From an uncultured Alphaproteobacteria bacterium (GTDB lineage Bacteria > Pseudomonadota > Alphaproteobacteria > SHNJ01), in NCBI GenBank assembly GCA_964427785.1, contig CAYRVJ010000001.1, forward strand, positions 1 to 48,896: a DNA stretch of 48,896 bases. The letters run 5' to 3'. A program made the translations under genes and the position numbers. Of this stretch, positions 26,554-35,194 are shown in pieces. The first letter of the stretch is position 1, and every line of letters begins with the position of its first letter. The notes below the pieces were generated by a model, which did not search any database, was not told the DNA's origin, and was given only the letters and a program-made list of their open reading frames with translations.

Positions 26554-27543
26554 TTATTTCCAGTCAACCGAAGCTATGCCGTTTGGCTCTTGTCCGGTTC
26601 GGATCTCGTCAACGGCTTTTAGGCTCGCAACATCAATTATGGTTACCGTTCCTTGATATAGGTTGGTAACAAAAACATTTTTCTGGTCGCTCGATGCGGC
26701 GACTCCATGAGGGCCGTTTCCAGTTTGAATGTTGCCAATGAGCTGTTGAGTTTTGCTGTCTATTACAGAAACTTGGTTCCCAGGATCTTCTCTGCTGCCT
26801 TGGTTGGCGACGAAAAGTTTGCCTTGAGCCATTATAGATTGTACCGGGCCATTTTTTACTTTAACTTCCGCAATCACCGTTTTTCTTTTTGTGTCAATAA
26901 CAGCGACTTTGTCCGTTTCATTAATAGTTGCATATAAAAGTGCGCTGTCAGGAGTTGTGGCTACCTGAACTGGTTTTGGCCCAACTATAATTTTTTTTAC
27001 TTCCTGCTTTTTTTGAGTATCAACAATGGAGATTGTATTCTCTCCCATATTTGCAACATATAATATTTTTTTATCCAGGCTTAGGCGTAAACCGTGAGGA
27101 TGTTTTCCAACTGGAATTTTTTCTTCTACTTTTAATTTATCTAAATTCACAAGAGCAACCGCATTTTCCCCCGATAATGTCACATAGGCAATTTCTCCGA
27201 TATAACCGCCAGAGACGACATGAGCGGGGTGTTTGCCGACCGCGATCCGAGCGATAGGGCCATTGGGCATGTTTTTACGGCCATAGACAAAAAGAGAGCC
27301 GGATGAATCATGGGAATGCCCCATGGCGGTAACAAGCACATACTCTTTTTCATATGAAATATCTACATTATGGGGAATAGCGGGAAGTTGCACCGAGAAA
27401 CTTTTTTCTTTATCCGGCCACGAAAGCGCCGAAAGAGACCGATCTTTTTCGTTCGCCGTGTATATTGTTTCCGCCGCTGCCGAACATTCGTTGGAGAAAA
27501 CCATAAGAATTGCTAAAAATAAAGTCAGACGGACAGAGTGCAT
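26554..27543 (-). CDS. Secreted YVTN-type beta-propeller repeat protein
   Basis: Signal peptide (MHSVRLTLFLAILMVFSNECSA). Repeated ~40-aa units of the form G.PHG(V/L)..S.D.K.(L/V)(Y/F)V(A/T)N......(V/I)S(V/I)ID. Confidence 0.75.
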   Translation of the reverse strand: MHSVRLTLFLAILMVFSNECSAAAETIYTANEKDRSLSALSWPDKEKSFSVQLPAIPHNVDISYEKEYVLVTAMGHSHDSSGSLFVYGRKNMPNGPIARIAVGKHPAHVVSGGYIGEIAYVTLSGENAVALVNLDKLKVEEKIPVGKHPHGLRLSLDKKILYVANMGENTISIVDTQKKQEVKKIIVGPKPVQVATTPDSALLYATINETDKVAVIDTKRKTVIAEVKVKNGPVQSIMAQGKLFVANQGSREDPGNQVSVIDSKTQQLIGNIQTGNGPHGVAASSDQKNVFVTNLYQGTVTIIDVASLKAVDEIRTGQEPNGIASVDWK

Positions 27544-27621
27544 TTTAAAATCCTATATTTTTTTCTTTCAGAAAAGCATAGCGTGTCAATTTTAAGTGTG
27601 GCAGGCAAAAAATGTTTTGAT

Positions 27622-27635
27622 TTGACCTAGGTCAA
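27622..27635. promoter_or_regulatory. FNR/CRP-family binding site, TTGAC-CTAG-GTCAA variant, between the YVTN gene and nrdD
   Basis: Perfect palindrome. On the plus strand a TATTTT -10-like hexamer (27658-27663) starts ~30 nt from the centre, giving class II geometry for nrdD. Confidence 0.65.
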
Positions 27636-27670
27636 GTCGAAGAAACATCATATAGGCTATTTTTAATTTT

Positions 27671-27690
27671 ACCCACAATATCTAGTAGGT
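27671..27690. promoter_or_regulatory. Possible NrdR-box-like imperfect palindrome
   Basis: ACCCACAATATCTAGTAGGT loosely resembles the acaCwAtATaTwGtgt NrdR box. It sits just downstream of the predicted nrdD -10. I could not find a convincing second box. Confidence 0.3.
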
Positions 27691-27813
27691 TCTTGTAAAT
27701 TCTCCGATCCGACGCGCCGATTTTCTAGGATTTCATATAGGTTTTTTTACGAGAATCTCTGATTCAAAATTCTGCGTCCTTCCTAAAAACACCTAACCTA
27801 AGGAATAAATTAT

Positions 27814-29838
27814 ATGTCAGTAGCTGCCATCGCTCTTTCTTTGCCAAAATCCAACGCAAATAAAAAAAATATGCATCCGGATCCAAAAATGGATCATATA
27901 GTCACGTTGTTCGGGGGCACAGAAGTGGATTGTTCTGAAACGGTAAGCGAATATATTTCCGGGTCGGATTGGAGAATCAATGCTAATGCCAACACCGGAT
28001 ACTCGAATGCGGGAATGATTAATAATGTAGCGGGGAAAGTAATCGCCAATTTCTGGCTGGATGAAATATACAATCCCGAAGAAGGCCTGGCGCACCGTCA
28101 GGGCGACATTCATATCCATGATCTTGATTGTCTCACCGGATATTGCGCAGGCTGGTCGTTACGGGCGCTTTTGAATAGCGGGTTTAATGGCGTGGGGGGA
28201 CGGGTATCATCGCGTCCGCCGCGCCATTTCCGCGAGGCGTTGGGTCAAATGAGCAATTTTTTGGGCATCCTGCAATCCGAATGGGCGGGCGCGCAGGCGT
28301 TTTCTAGTTTTGATACATATCTGGCGCCTTATGTTTTTTACGATCAGCTTTCTTTCAAAGAAGTGAAGAAGGCGATTCGTCAATTCGTTTATAATTTAAA
28401 CGTTCCCGCGCGGTGGGGCCAGTCTCCGTTTACGAATATTACGCTTGATATTTCAGTTCCGCAAGACTTGCAGAATCAATTCCCAACATATAATGATTCG
28501 CACCTGTTCAAGGGCATCAAGAGCGATAGCTTGTTCTTGAGAGCTCAACAGCGAGACATGGGCATTCGCTCCCTTGAGGATCTTACATTCAAGCATTTCT
28601 TGCCGGAGATGGAAATGATCAACATCGCCTATTACGAGGTCATGACCGAAGGCGATTCAACTGGGCAGCCATTCACTTTTCCTATTCCTACCGTTAATAT
28701 TACTGAGGATTTCGACTGGGATAGCAAAGTAGCGAGCGCGATATTTGAGAATACAGCAAAAGTAGGTTCATCTTATTTCCAGAACTTTGTTGGAAGCCAA
28801 TATATTATCGACCCAGCGACAAAAGAGCGGAAACCAAATCCTGAAGCTTACTCACCGGGTGCTGTTCGCTCGATGTGCTGCCGCCTGCAGCTTGATTTGC
28901 GCGAACTTTTAAAGCGCGGCAACGGCCTTTTTGGCTCTGCGGAAATGACAGGATCTATCGGTGTTGTCACGCTCAACATGGCGCGGCTTGGATATCGTTT
29001 TAGAGGCGATTTAGAAGGAATGATGCGTGAAATCGACCGCTTAATGGACATATCCAAGTCAACGCTGGAGAAGAAACGCGCCTTTGTTCAGAAAATGCAT
29101 GATCGCGGGCTTTATCCTTATACATCGCGTTATCTTCCATTCTTTCGCAATCATTTTTCAACCATTGGCGTCAATGGCATGAATGAGATGGTCAGAAATT
29201 TCACAGGCGATGCCTATGATATTACTGATGAGCGGGGCATTCAAATATGCATCGATATTCTCGATCATATGCGGGCCAAGTTAGTCGGGTATCAAGAGGA
29301 AACCGGCAATTTGTATAATCTCGAAGCAACTCCGGCGGAAGGCACAACGTATCGCTTCGCCAAAGAGGATAAGAAACATTTTCCGGATATCATTCAAGCG
29401 GGAGCAGGGGAGAATATATACTACACCAATTCTTCTCAGATACCTGTTGATCATACGGACGATCCGTTTGAGGCGCTGGAATTGCAAAACCGCTTGCAAT
29501 GCAAGTATACAGGCGGCACTGTTTTGCACCTTTACATGAATGAAAAATTGTCCGACGCGGGAGCTTGCAAGCAATTCATCCGGAAAGTTTTGGGGAGCTA
29601 TCAATTGCCTTACATAACGGTTACACCAGTGTTTTCGGTATGCGATGCTCATGGATATTTAAATGGTGAGCAGCCGGAATGTCCGCATTGCCGGGCCAAA
29701 ACAAAAGTATGGACTAGGGTTATGGGATATTTCCGCCCTGTTGACAGTTTCAACAAAGGCAAACAAGGCGAACACCGCCAACGTAAACATTTTGTGGAGG
29801 ATTGGATTGATACGGGCAATCTCTTCGCAGGGGTGTGA
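27814..29838 (+). CDS. nrdD: Anaerobic (class III) ribonucleoside-triphosphate reductase
   Basis: 674 aa. The C-terminus has a Zn-ribbon Cys motif (VCDAHGY...CPHC) and the glycyl-radical motif TRVMGYFRPV. There is no N-terminal ATP-cone. Confidence 0.9.
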   Translation: MSVAAIALSLPKSNANKKNMHPDPKMDHIVTLFGGTEVDCSETVSEYISGSDWRINANANTGYSNAGMINNVAGKVIANFWLDEIYNPEEGLAHRQGDIHIHDLDCLTGYCAGWSLRALLNSGFNGVGGRVSSRPPRHFREALGQMSNFLGILQSEWAGAQAFSSFDTYLAPYVFYDQLSFKEVKKAIRQFVYNLNVPARWGQSPFTNITLDISVPQDLQNQFPTYNDSHLFKGIKSDSLFLRAQQRDMGIRSLEDLTFKHFLPEMEMINIAYYEVMTEGDSTGQPFTFPIPTVNITEDFDWDSKVASAIFENTAKVGSSYFQNFVGSQYIIDPATKERKPNPEAYSPGAVRSMCCRLQLDLRELLKRGNGLFGSAEMTGSIGVVTLNMARLGYRFRGDLEGMMREIDRLMDISKSTLEKKRAFVQKMHDRGLYPYTSRYLPFFRNHFSTIGVNGMNEMVRNFTGDAYDITDERGIQICIDILDHMRAKLVGYQEETGNLYNLEATPAEGTTYRFAKEDKKHFPDIIQAGAGENIYYTNSSQIPVDHTDDPFEALELQNRLQCKYTGGTVLHLYMNEKLSDAGACKQFIRKVLGSYQLPYITVTPVFSVCDAHGYLNGEQPECPHCRAKTKVWTRVMGYFRPVDSFNKGKQGEHRQRKHFVEDWIDTGNLFAGV

Positions 29839-29860
29839 TGCGATAGAACAGGAGAAATCT

Positions 29861-30568
29861 TTGCAAAGCAGGGCAAGTGTTCTTCCTATCTATTCTGTGA
29901 CGCCATTTACCATGCTCGACTTTCCCGGCAAGCCATCTTGTATCATCTGGTTCTCCGGGTGCAATATGCGCTGCGCATATTGTCATAATCCGCAGATTGT
30001 TAAGAGTAAGGGTCGTGGCGATGTCGCCGAAATCATGCATTTCCTTCAAAAAAGGCAAGGGCTTCTGGAGGGGGTAGTCTTGTCCGGGGGCGAGGCTTCA
30101 ATCTATCCGGGACTTCCCGATTTCATCAAGCACATCAAAGCATTGGGATATCAAGTTAAACTGGATACGAATGGGCTTCGCCCCGATATTATTTATCATC
30201 TGATGCAGAAAAGATTGCTCGATTATATTGCACTCGATTATAAGGCTCCGCCTAGTAAATTCAAACAAGTCACAGGCATGGACAAATATATCCTCTTTTC
30301 AAAAACCCTTGACTTGCTTTGCGGGCAGAAGGATTTGAATTTCGAAGTGCGCACTACTGTGCATACGGACTTAATGGATGAAGGCGATGTTTCCGATATT
30401 ATCCGCGATCTCGAGCGGCGCGGCTATTCCGGCCTTCATGCAATACAGAATTTCGCGCATAGCGACGAGCGGCCGACACTGGGATTTATGAATCCGCAGC
30501 GACGAGTGTTGGATATTTCAATGATCCATATTCCAAAGACTTTTAATCTGGCTTTTAGGAATTTCTAA
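29861..30568 (+). CDS. nrdG: Anaerobic RNR activating enzyme (radical SAM)
   Basis: FSGCNMRCAYCHN radical-SAM motif. TTG 29861 is preceded by AGGAGA, and there is no in-frame ATG before the conserved core. The ORF-track start at 29663 overlaps nrdD and is rejected. Confidence 0.8.
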   Translation: MQSRASVLPIYSVTPFTMLDFPGKPSCIIWFSGCNMRCAYCHNPQIVKSKGRGDVAEIMHFLQKRQGLLEGVVLSGGEASIYPGLPDFIKHIKALGYQVKLDTNGLRPDIIYHLMQKRLLDYIALDYKAPPSKFKQVTGMDKYILFSKTLDLLCGQKDLNFEVRTTVHTDLMDEGDVSDIIRDLERRGYSGLHAIQNFAHSDERPTLGFMNPQRRVLDISMIHIPKTFNLAFRNF

Positions 30569-30612
30569 CGAAGAAACTTACTCACAAGCAAATAAGGGCC
30601 GCTTAATCGTAT

Positions 30613-30626
30613 TTGACCCAGGTCAA
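30613..30626. promoter_or_regulatory. FNR/CRP-family binding site, TTGAC-CCAG-GTCAA variant, upstream of the six-gene operon
   Basis: Perfect palindrome centred ~58 nt upstream of ATG 30678. A weak -10-like TATGGC lies at 30652-30657. Confidence 0.65.
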
Positions 30627-30677
30627 TTCAATTGAAGCAAAAATGCGTTTTTATGGCTTTAATATTTAGATGGTTCA

Positions 30678-31925
30678 ATGATCAAATTATCCTACAGCAC
30701 TAATGGCTTACTTTATCTTGACTTATTCTCCGCTATTGAGGCGGTCGAAAGCGTTGGGTATGCGGGAATAGAGCTTTGCTTCGATAAGAGGCAATTTAAT
30801 CCATTTGATCTCGGCAAAGATGATCTTGCGCGAATTAAAAGTTTTCTTGAAGGCAGGATAATTAAGCCTGCTTGCATCTCAACTCCTACCATTGCTTTTT
30901 TAACGGACAGGCCACATGAACCTTCAATTATCTGCCTCGATTTGGCGGGCAGAAAGCAACGTATAGAACTTATCAAAAAAGGCATCGAAATCGCGAAATC
31001 TTTAGGCGCGCCAATCGTCAGTTTTGGCAGCGGTTTTATTCGGGACGAGCATGTAAAGAATCCCGATATAAATCCGACGGATATTCTTATTGAAAGCATT
31101 GCTGAATGTCTAAAGAATATAGGCGATGTCATGCTGGTTATCGAGCCTGAGCCCGGTATGCTGATAGAGACAATCGACCAGGGTATAGATCTTATAAAGG
31201 CGGTAGGTTCGCCGCAGTTCCGGCTGCATATGGATCTGTGCCATGCATATTGTTCGGAAGACGATTATTTTGGATCCATAATTAAAGCGGCGCCATACAC
31301 GAGATATTTGCATGTGTCGGATACGGCGGGAGGATGCAATGTCAAACTGCTTTCTTATAAGAGCGATATGAATCTGGATTTCGATTTCGCCAGTTATCTC
31401 ATATATTTTCCCGACACATGCGATTTCCTTTACTTGGATAAACAGCAGGCATTTTGCTTTTGCGAAGATATACCGAATACATCTTTACTTAAAGCGGTTA
31501 AATATTTGGCTGGCAAGAAATTTGTTCGATATGTAAGTTACTGTGAATTGGATAAATCTTCGTCTGCTCTAGATCGGGAAATCAACACGTATGCCGTTTC
31601 GGTGCCGGGTTTGAGCTTCTGCGTTCTGGACAGGGCAAAACCGATACTGCGCTATCTCAGAACAAAACGAAGCAATGGCAAATCGATATTAGAAAAGAAA
31701 GTTGCGAATACGCTGACTGGCAAAGTGCATTATCACGACATCCCGGGGCAGGGCGAAATCGATTTCGCGCGCACATTCAGGGTTCTGGAGAAAAACGGGT
31801 TTAATGGGTACGCGACAGTGGAGCTGTATCATCATATTGATACATGGGAAAAAGCGCTCACGGAGAGCATGACTATACTTTCAAAGGCTGTTGCAGATGA
31901 TGGGAAGGAGAGAAAATATGCGTGA
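30678..31925 (+). CDS. Xylose-isomerase-like TIM-barrel protein (sugar-phosphate isomerase/epimerase/dehydratase superfamily, EboE/IolE-like) with a ~130-aa insertion
   Basis: GYAGIELC..., LGAPIVSFGSG, LVIEPEPG, HMDLCH, LHVSD and HYHDIPGQGEIDF...GYATVEL follow the canonical order of metal-binding strands in this fold. The segment between LHVSD and HYHD (aa ~218-348) is extra. Confidence 0.7.
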   Translation: MIKLSYSTNGLLYLDLFSAIEAVESVGYAGIELCFDKRQFNPFDLGKDDLARIKSFLEGRIIKPACISTPTIAFLTDRPHEPSIICLDLAGRKQRIELIKKGIEIAKSLGAPIVSFGSGFIRDEHVKNPDINPTDILIESIAECLKNIGDVMLVIEPEPGMLIETIDQGIDLIKAVGSPQFRLHMDLCHAYCSEDDYFGSIIKAAPYTRYLHVSDTAGGCNVKLLSYKSDMNLDFDFASYLIYFPDTCDFLYLDKQQAFCFCEDIPNTSLLKAVKYLAGKKFVRYVSYCELDKSSSALDREINTYAVSVPGLSFCVLDRAKPILRYLRTKRSNGKSILEKKVANTLTGKVHYHDIPGQGEIDFARTFRVLEKNGFNGYATVELYHHIDTWEKALTESMTILSKAVADDGKERKYA

Positions 31926-32421
31926 GGAGAAAAGCTACCTTCGGCGGCTGGGCTGGGATCCCGGCACGACTGGCGAACTGGACCATCGTGAAGTAAGCGC
32001 GCCTTATATTCGCCTGTCTTCGTGGAAGATGGGTGATCGGGGGGATAGCGTGTATCTTTTTGATATAAGAATGACACAGCCGAACGTAAATTTTTTATCG
32101 TCGCTGCAATTGCATTCTATAGAGCACTTCCTGCTAGCAGGGCTTAGAAAGCATTTGCCTCATGCTTTTGTCAACGTGGCTCCAATGGGATGCCAGACCG
32201 GATTTTACTTGGTAACCATTAACGAGGGGCGCGCCACCGCTATATGCGAAGCATATCAGAATACTCTTTTGGACATTCTCTCGGCAACGTCGGTTCCGTA
32301 TGCGAATATTAAAGATTGCGGCCAACATATTCACCATAATTTAAAAAATGCGCAGGTCCTGGCTGAATCTTTGCTGGCCTGCCAAAGTGATTGGCTGAAT
32401 ATTATGCGGACTGCAGCATGA
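31918..32421 (+). CDS. luxS: LuxS-family protein (S-ribosylhomocysteine-lyase fold)
   Basis: LDHREVSAPYIRL, GDSVYLFDIRMTQPN, HSIEHFLLAGLR (HxxEH metal/base motif), APMGCQTGFY and CGQHIHHNL are colinear with E. coli LuxS motifs. GGAAGGAGAG RBS. The ATG overlaps the upstream stop (ATGCGTGA). Confidence 0.8.
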   Translation: MREEKSYLRRLGWDPGTTGELDHREVSAPYIRLSSWKMGDRGDSVYLFDIRMTQPNVNFLSSLQLHSIEHFLLAGLRKHLPHAFVNVAPMGCQTGFYLVTINEGRATAICEAYQNTLLDILSATSVPYANIKDCGQHIHHNLKNAQVLAESLLACQSDWLNIMRTAA

Positions 32422-33578
32422 GTCAAGTCTCTGCAATCCGGACAATTTCTTGTTGCAGAAAGATCGAATATGAAATTATTTCATGCTTGCGTATTTTCGA
32501 TATTGGCAATAGGACTTTAGCCGATATCGGCGCAGGCAAAGGGTCCAAAAGATTTATTGTCTTAGATAAAAATGTTAAGGAATACCGATCTGCGATAACT
32601 TCGTATTTTGATTACTACGGTATTAAAACGCGGATTTCGCTCTTTGAATCTGGCGAGTCAAACAAGACCATTCAGAGAGCCGTCAAGCTTCTGAAAGAAT
32701 TGGATCAGTTTCCTATCCTTCGGCGCAGCGAACCTTTGGTGGCGATTGGCGGCGGCGTGTTGACGGACATGGTGGGATTTGCCGCCAGCATTTACCGCCG
32801 CGGCGTGCCGCATATCAAGATACCGACCACGCTTATGGGGTATGTGGATGCGGCGATTGGAATTAAATGCGGCGTTAATCTTAACAATGGAAAAAACAGA
32901 ATAGGCTCCTTTGAGCCTCCTCTAAAAGTACTTCTTGACCCTGATTTTTTACGCACCTTATCAAATAGGCAAATTTTAAATGGCGTCGGGGAAATCATCA
33001 AGCTTGCAATTATATCAGACGCGAAGTTATTCAACGGCCTAGAGTTGTTGGGAAATTCTTGCGTTCAAAAAAAATTCCAGGGTAGCGATTGCAAGCTAAT
33101 TCTTGATCGTTCGATCAATGCAATGCTCGATAATCTCGCTTCCAATTTATATGAAGAAGATTTATCGCGATCGGTTGATTTTGGCCATACTTTCAGTTTG
33201 GCTTACGAAATGGAATTAGGAAATGATTTGCTGCACGGCGAAGCTGTTGTCGTTGATGTAATTCTGTCCATCTTTTTGGCGAAGACAAAGGGAGTTTTGG
33301 CGGCGGCGGCGGCAGACCGCATACTTAAATTAATAGGGGCGTTTGATTATGACTTTTCCAGGGTGTTTCTAAAAACAGAAATCTTATGGGCATCGCTTCT
33401 GGAAAGACAAAAACATCGCGATGGTCAGCAAAGGATACCTCTGCCATGCGGAGTGGGGAAGCATGTCTTCGCAAATGATGTGACATATGAAGAATTGGAT
33501 CGCTCGAATGGTTTACTAAAGGATTGGATATATGAAGGAAGGAATTTATGCGAACGCCGATTTCTCAGAGCTGGATAA
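32418..33578 (+). CDS. 3-dehydroquinate-synthase-like sugar phosphate cyclase (EboD/EEVS/DDGS-like)
   Basis: GGGVLTDMVGFAASIYRRGVPHIKIPTTLMGYVDAAIGIKCGVNL..GKNRIGSF.PP, GVGEIIK, FGHTFS and LLHGEAV are present. The IGIK..VN loop (instead of the GGKT of true AroB) is, as I recall, typical of sedoheptulose-7-P cyclases. ATGA overlap with luxS. Confidence 0.75.
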   Translation: MSQVSAIRTISCCRKIEYEIISCLRIFDIGNRTLADIGAGKGSKRFIVLDKNVKEYRSAITSYFDYYGIKTRISLFESGESNKTIQRAVKLLKELDQFPILRRSEPLVAIGGGVLTDMVGFAASIYRRGVPHIKIPTTLMGYVDAAIGIKCGVNLNNGKNRIGSFEPPLKVLLDPDFLRTLSNRQILNGVGEIIKLAIISDAKLFNGLELLGNSCVQKKFQGSDCKLILDRSINAMLDNLASNLYEEDLSRSVDFGHTFSLAYEMELGNDLLHGEAVVVDVILSIFLAKTKGVLAAAAADRILKLIGAFDYDFSRVFLKTEILWASLLERQKHRDGQQRIPLPCGVGKHVFANDVTYEELDRSNGLLKDWIYEGRNLCERRFLRAG

Positions 33579-34248
33579 ATTTTCAAGACTGGCCGAGCTT
33601 TGGTGGGATAAAGATGGTGCCATGGGAATGTTGCATCGAATAAACGCCGCGCGCATGAGATTTATCGCCGACAATATCTGCATAGCAGGTAAAAAATCCA
33701 TAGATATAGGCTGTGGCGGAGGTATTTTAACCGAATCTCTCGCGCAAGCGGGGGCATATATGACAGGAATCGACTTGTCAGCGTCTGTCTTAAAAGCGGC
33801 TAGCGTTCATGCGGAAAAAAGCGGGCTAAATATAGATTACCGCTTGGAAAATTGCGAGGAAACGGCTGGAAAAAGTCCAGGGGAGTTTGATGCTGTTTTT
33901 TGCATGGAAGTGCTGGAACATGTTCCGGATCCGGGCCGCACAGTGGCTGCTTGCGCCCGATTGCTGAAACCAGGGGGGAGCGTATTTTTTTCTACAATAA
34001 ATAGAACGCTCAAAGCGTATTTTTTTGCAATTGTCGGTGCCGAATATGTTTTGCGGCTTTTGCCAAGAGGGACGCACATATATAAAAAGCTGATTAAGCC
34101 GCAAGAGCTGTTGATGTGGGCGGAGTCGTCTCATCTGGCCTTGGAGCGCACATCCAGTTTTATTTATAATCCGTTTTCAAGAAATTTCTCGCTGCGGAGC
34201 GGGGCGGATGTAAATTATATTGCTCATTACCGCAAGCCGCATGAATAA
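33532..34248 (+). CDS. ubiG: UbiG-like SAM-dependent O-methyltransferase
   Basis: Colinear with E. coli UbiG over essentially its full length (FSRLAELWWDKDG..LHRIN..R, IDIGCGGGILTESLA, FCMEVLEHVPDP, LLKPGGSVFFSTINR, VGAEYVLRLLPRGTH..KKLIKPQEL, DVNYIAHY). It overlaps the upstream gene by 47 nt. Confidence 0.8.
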   Translation: MKEGIYANADFSELDKFSRLAELWWDKDGAMGMLHRINAARMRFIADNICIAGKKSIDIGCGGGILTESLAQAGAYMTGIDLSASVLKAASVHAEKSGLNIDYRLENCEETAGKSPGEFDAVFCMEVLEHVPDPGRTVAACARLLKPGGSVFFSTINRTLKAYFFAIVGAEYVLRLLPRGTHIYKKLIKPQELLMWAESSHLALERTSSFIYNPFSRNFSLRSGADVNYIAHYRKPHE

Positions 34249-35194
34249 ATTTTTTGCCCTTTCCAGGAGCTATCATGCAATATTGGATATTGCGGCTCCC
34301 GCTTTTTGCGCCCTGTTGTGGTTGGGGGATTTTCCCTCCCCAGCCATCATCGCCCTATCTCTCTTTACCGCATTTTCGGGGTATACCGCCATTTATGCCT
34401 TAAATGATTTAATAGGGCATGCCGCGGATAAGGAGAAAATGCGGTATTCCCTCGCATATCAAGGATATTCTGTGGAATCGGCCCAGGCACGCCATCCTGT
34501 AGCGCAAGGAATATTGAGTTATAAAATGGCGGTACTATGGATGCTCTTTTGGATGATCGCGGCGATAATTGGGGCTTATCTGCTTAACCCCATTATCATT
34601 ATTATATTGCTTGCTGCGGCAGGTTGCGAGATTGCTTATTGTCGGCTGCTGAAGGTAACGCATTGGAGGTTGGTTCTTAGCGGCATTGTCAAAGCGGCCG
34701 GTCCAATTTCAGCGATATGGGTGGTGGATAGCTCCCCTTCGCCAGGGCCGGTTTTTTTATTGTTCATGTGGATTTTTTTCTGGGAAATTGGCGGACAGAA
34801 TATTCCGGCCGATTGGAATGATAAGCGCGAAGATAAGAAAGTGAATGCAAAGACTATTCCGCTTCTGTTTGGGGATGAAATATCTGGGAAAATTGTTTTT
34901 TTTAGCCTGTTGTTTGTCGTCGTTATTAGCGCACTTTTTCCGATAATCTCGCCACTACGATTGGGTTGGGAATATTTAGCCTTGAGCGTGTTTATAGGCA
35001 TTATGTTGCTTATAAAGCCTGCTTATAAGTTGTGCCGCGCGGATCATATTACCGACCAGCCTGCGCGGCTGTTTAATCGTGCCAGCTATTATCCACTGGC
35101 ATTGCTGCTGCTTATGGCCGCATTGATTTGGTATCATCATTTAAAGAACGGCCCCAGCGCCGTTGGCCAAATACTAAATTGGTCATTAATATGA
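34241..35194 (+). CDS. Atypical UbiA-superfamily prenyltransferase (EboC-like?)
   Basis: ~8 TM helices. The first motif is YALNDLIGHAADKE (NDxxGxxxD rather than NDxxDxxxD), followed by an unusual ~25-aa insert before RHPVAQG. The second motif is NDKREDKKVNAKTIP (DxxxD...T.P). The ATG overlaps the ubiG-like stop (ATGAATAA). Confidence 0.7.
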   Translation: MNKFFALSRSYHAILDIAAPAFCALLWLGDFPSPAIIALSLFTAFSGYTAIYALNDLIGHAADKEKMRYSLAYQGYSVESAQARHPVAQGILSYKMAVLWMLFWMIAAIIGAYLLNPIIIIILLAAAGCEIAYCRLLKVTHWRLVLSGIVKAAGPISAIWVVDSSPSPGPVFLLFMWIFFWEIGGQNIPADWNDKREDKKVNAKTIPLLFGDEISGKIVFFSLLFVVVISALFPIISPLRLGWEYLALSVFIGIMLLIKPAYKLCRADHITDQPARLFNRASYYPLALLLLMAALIWYHHLKNGPSAVGQILNWSLI

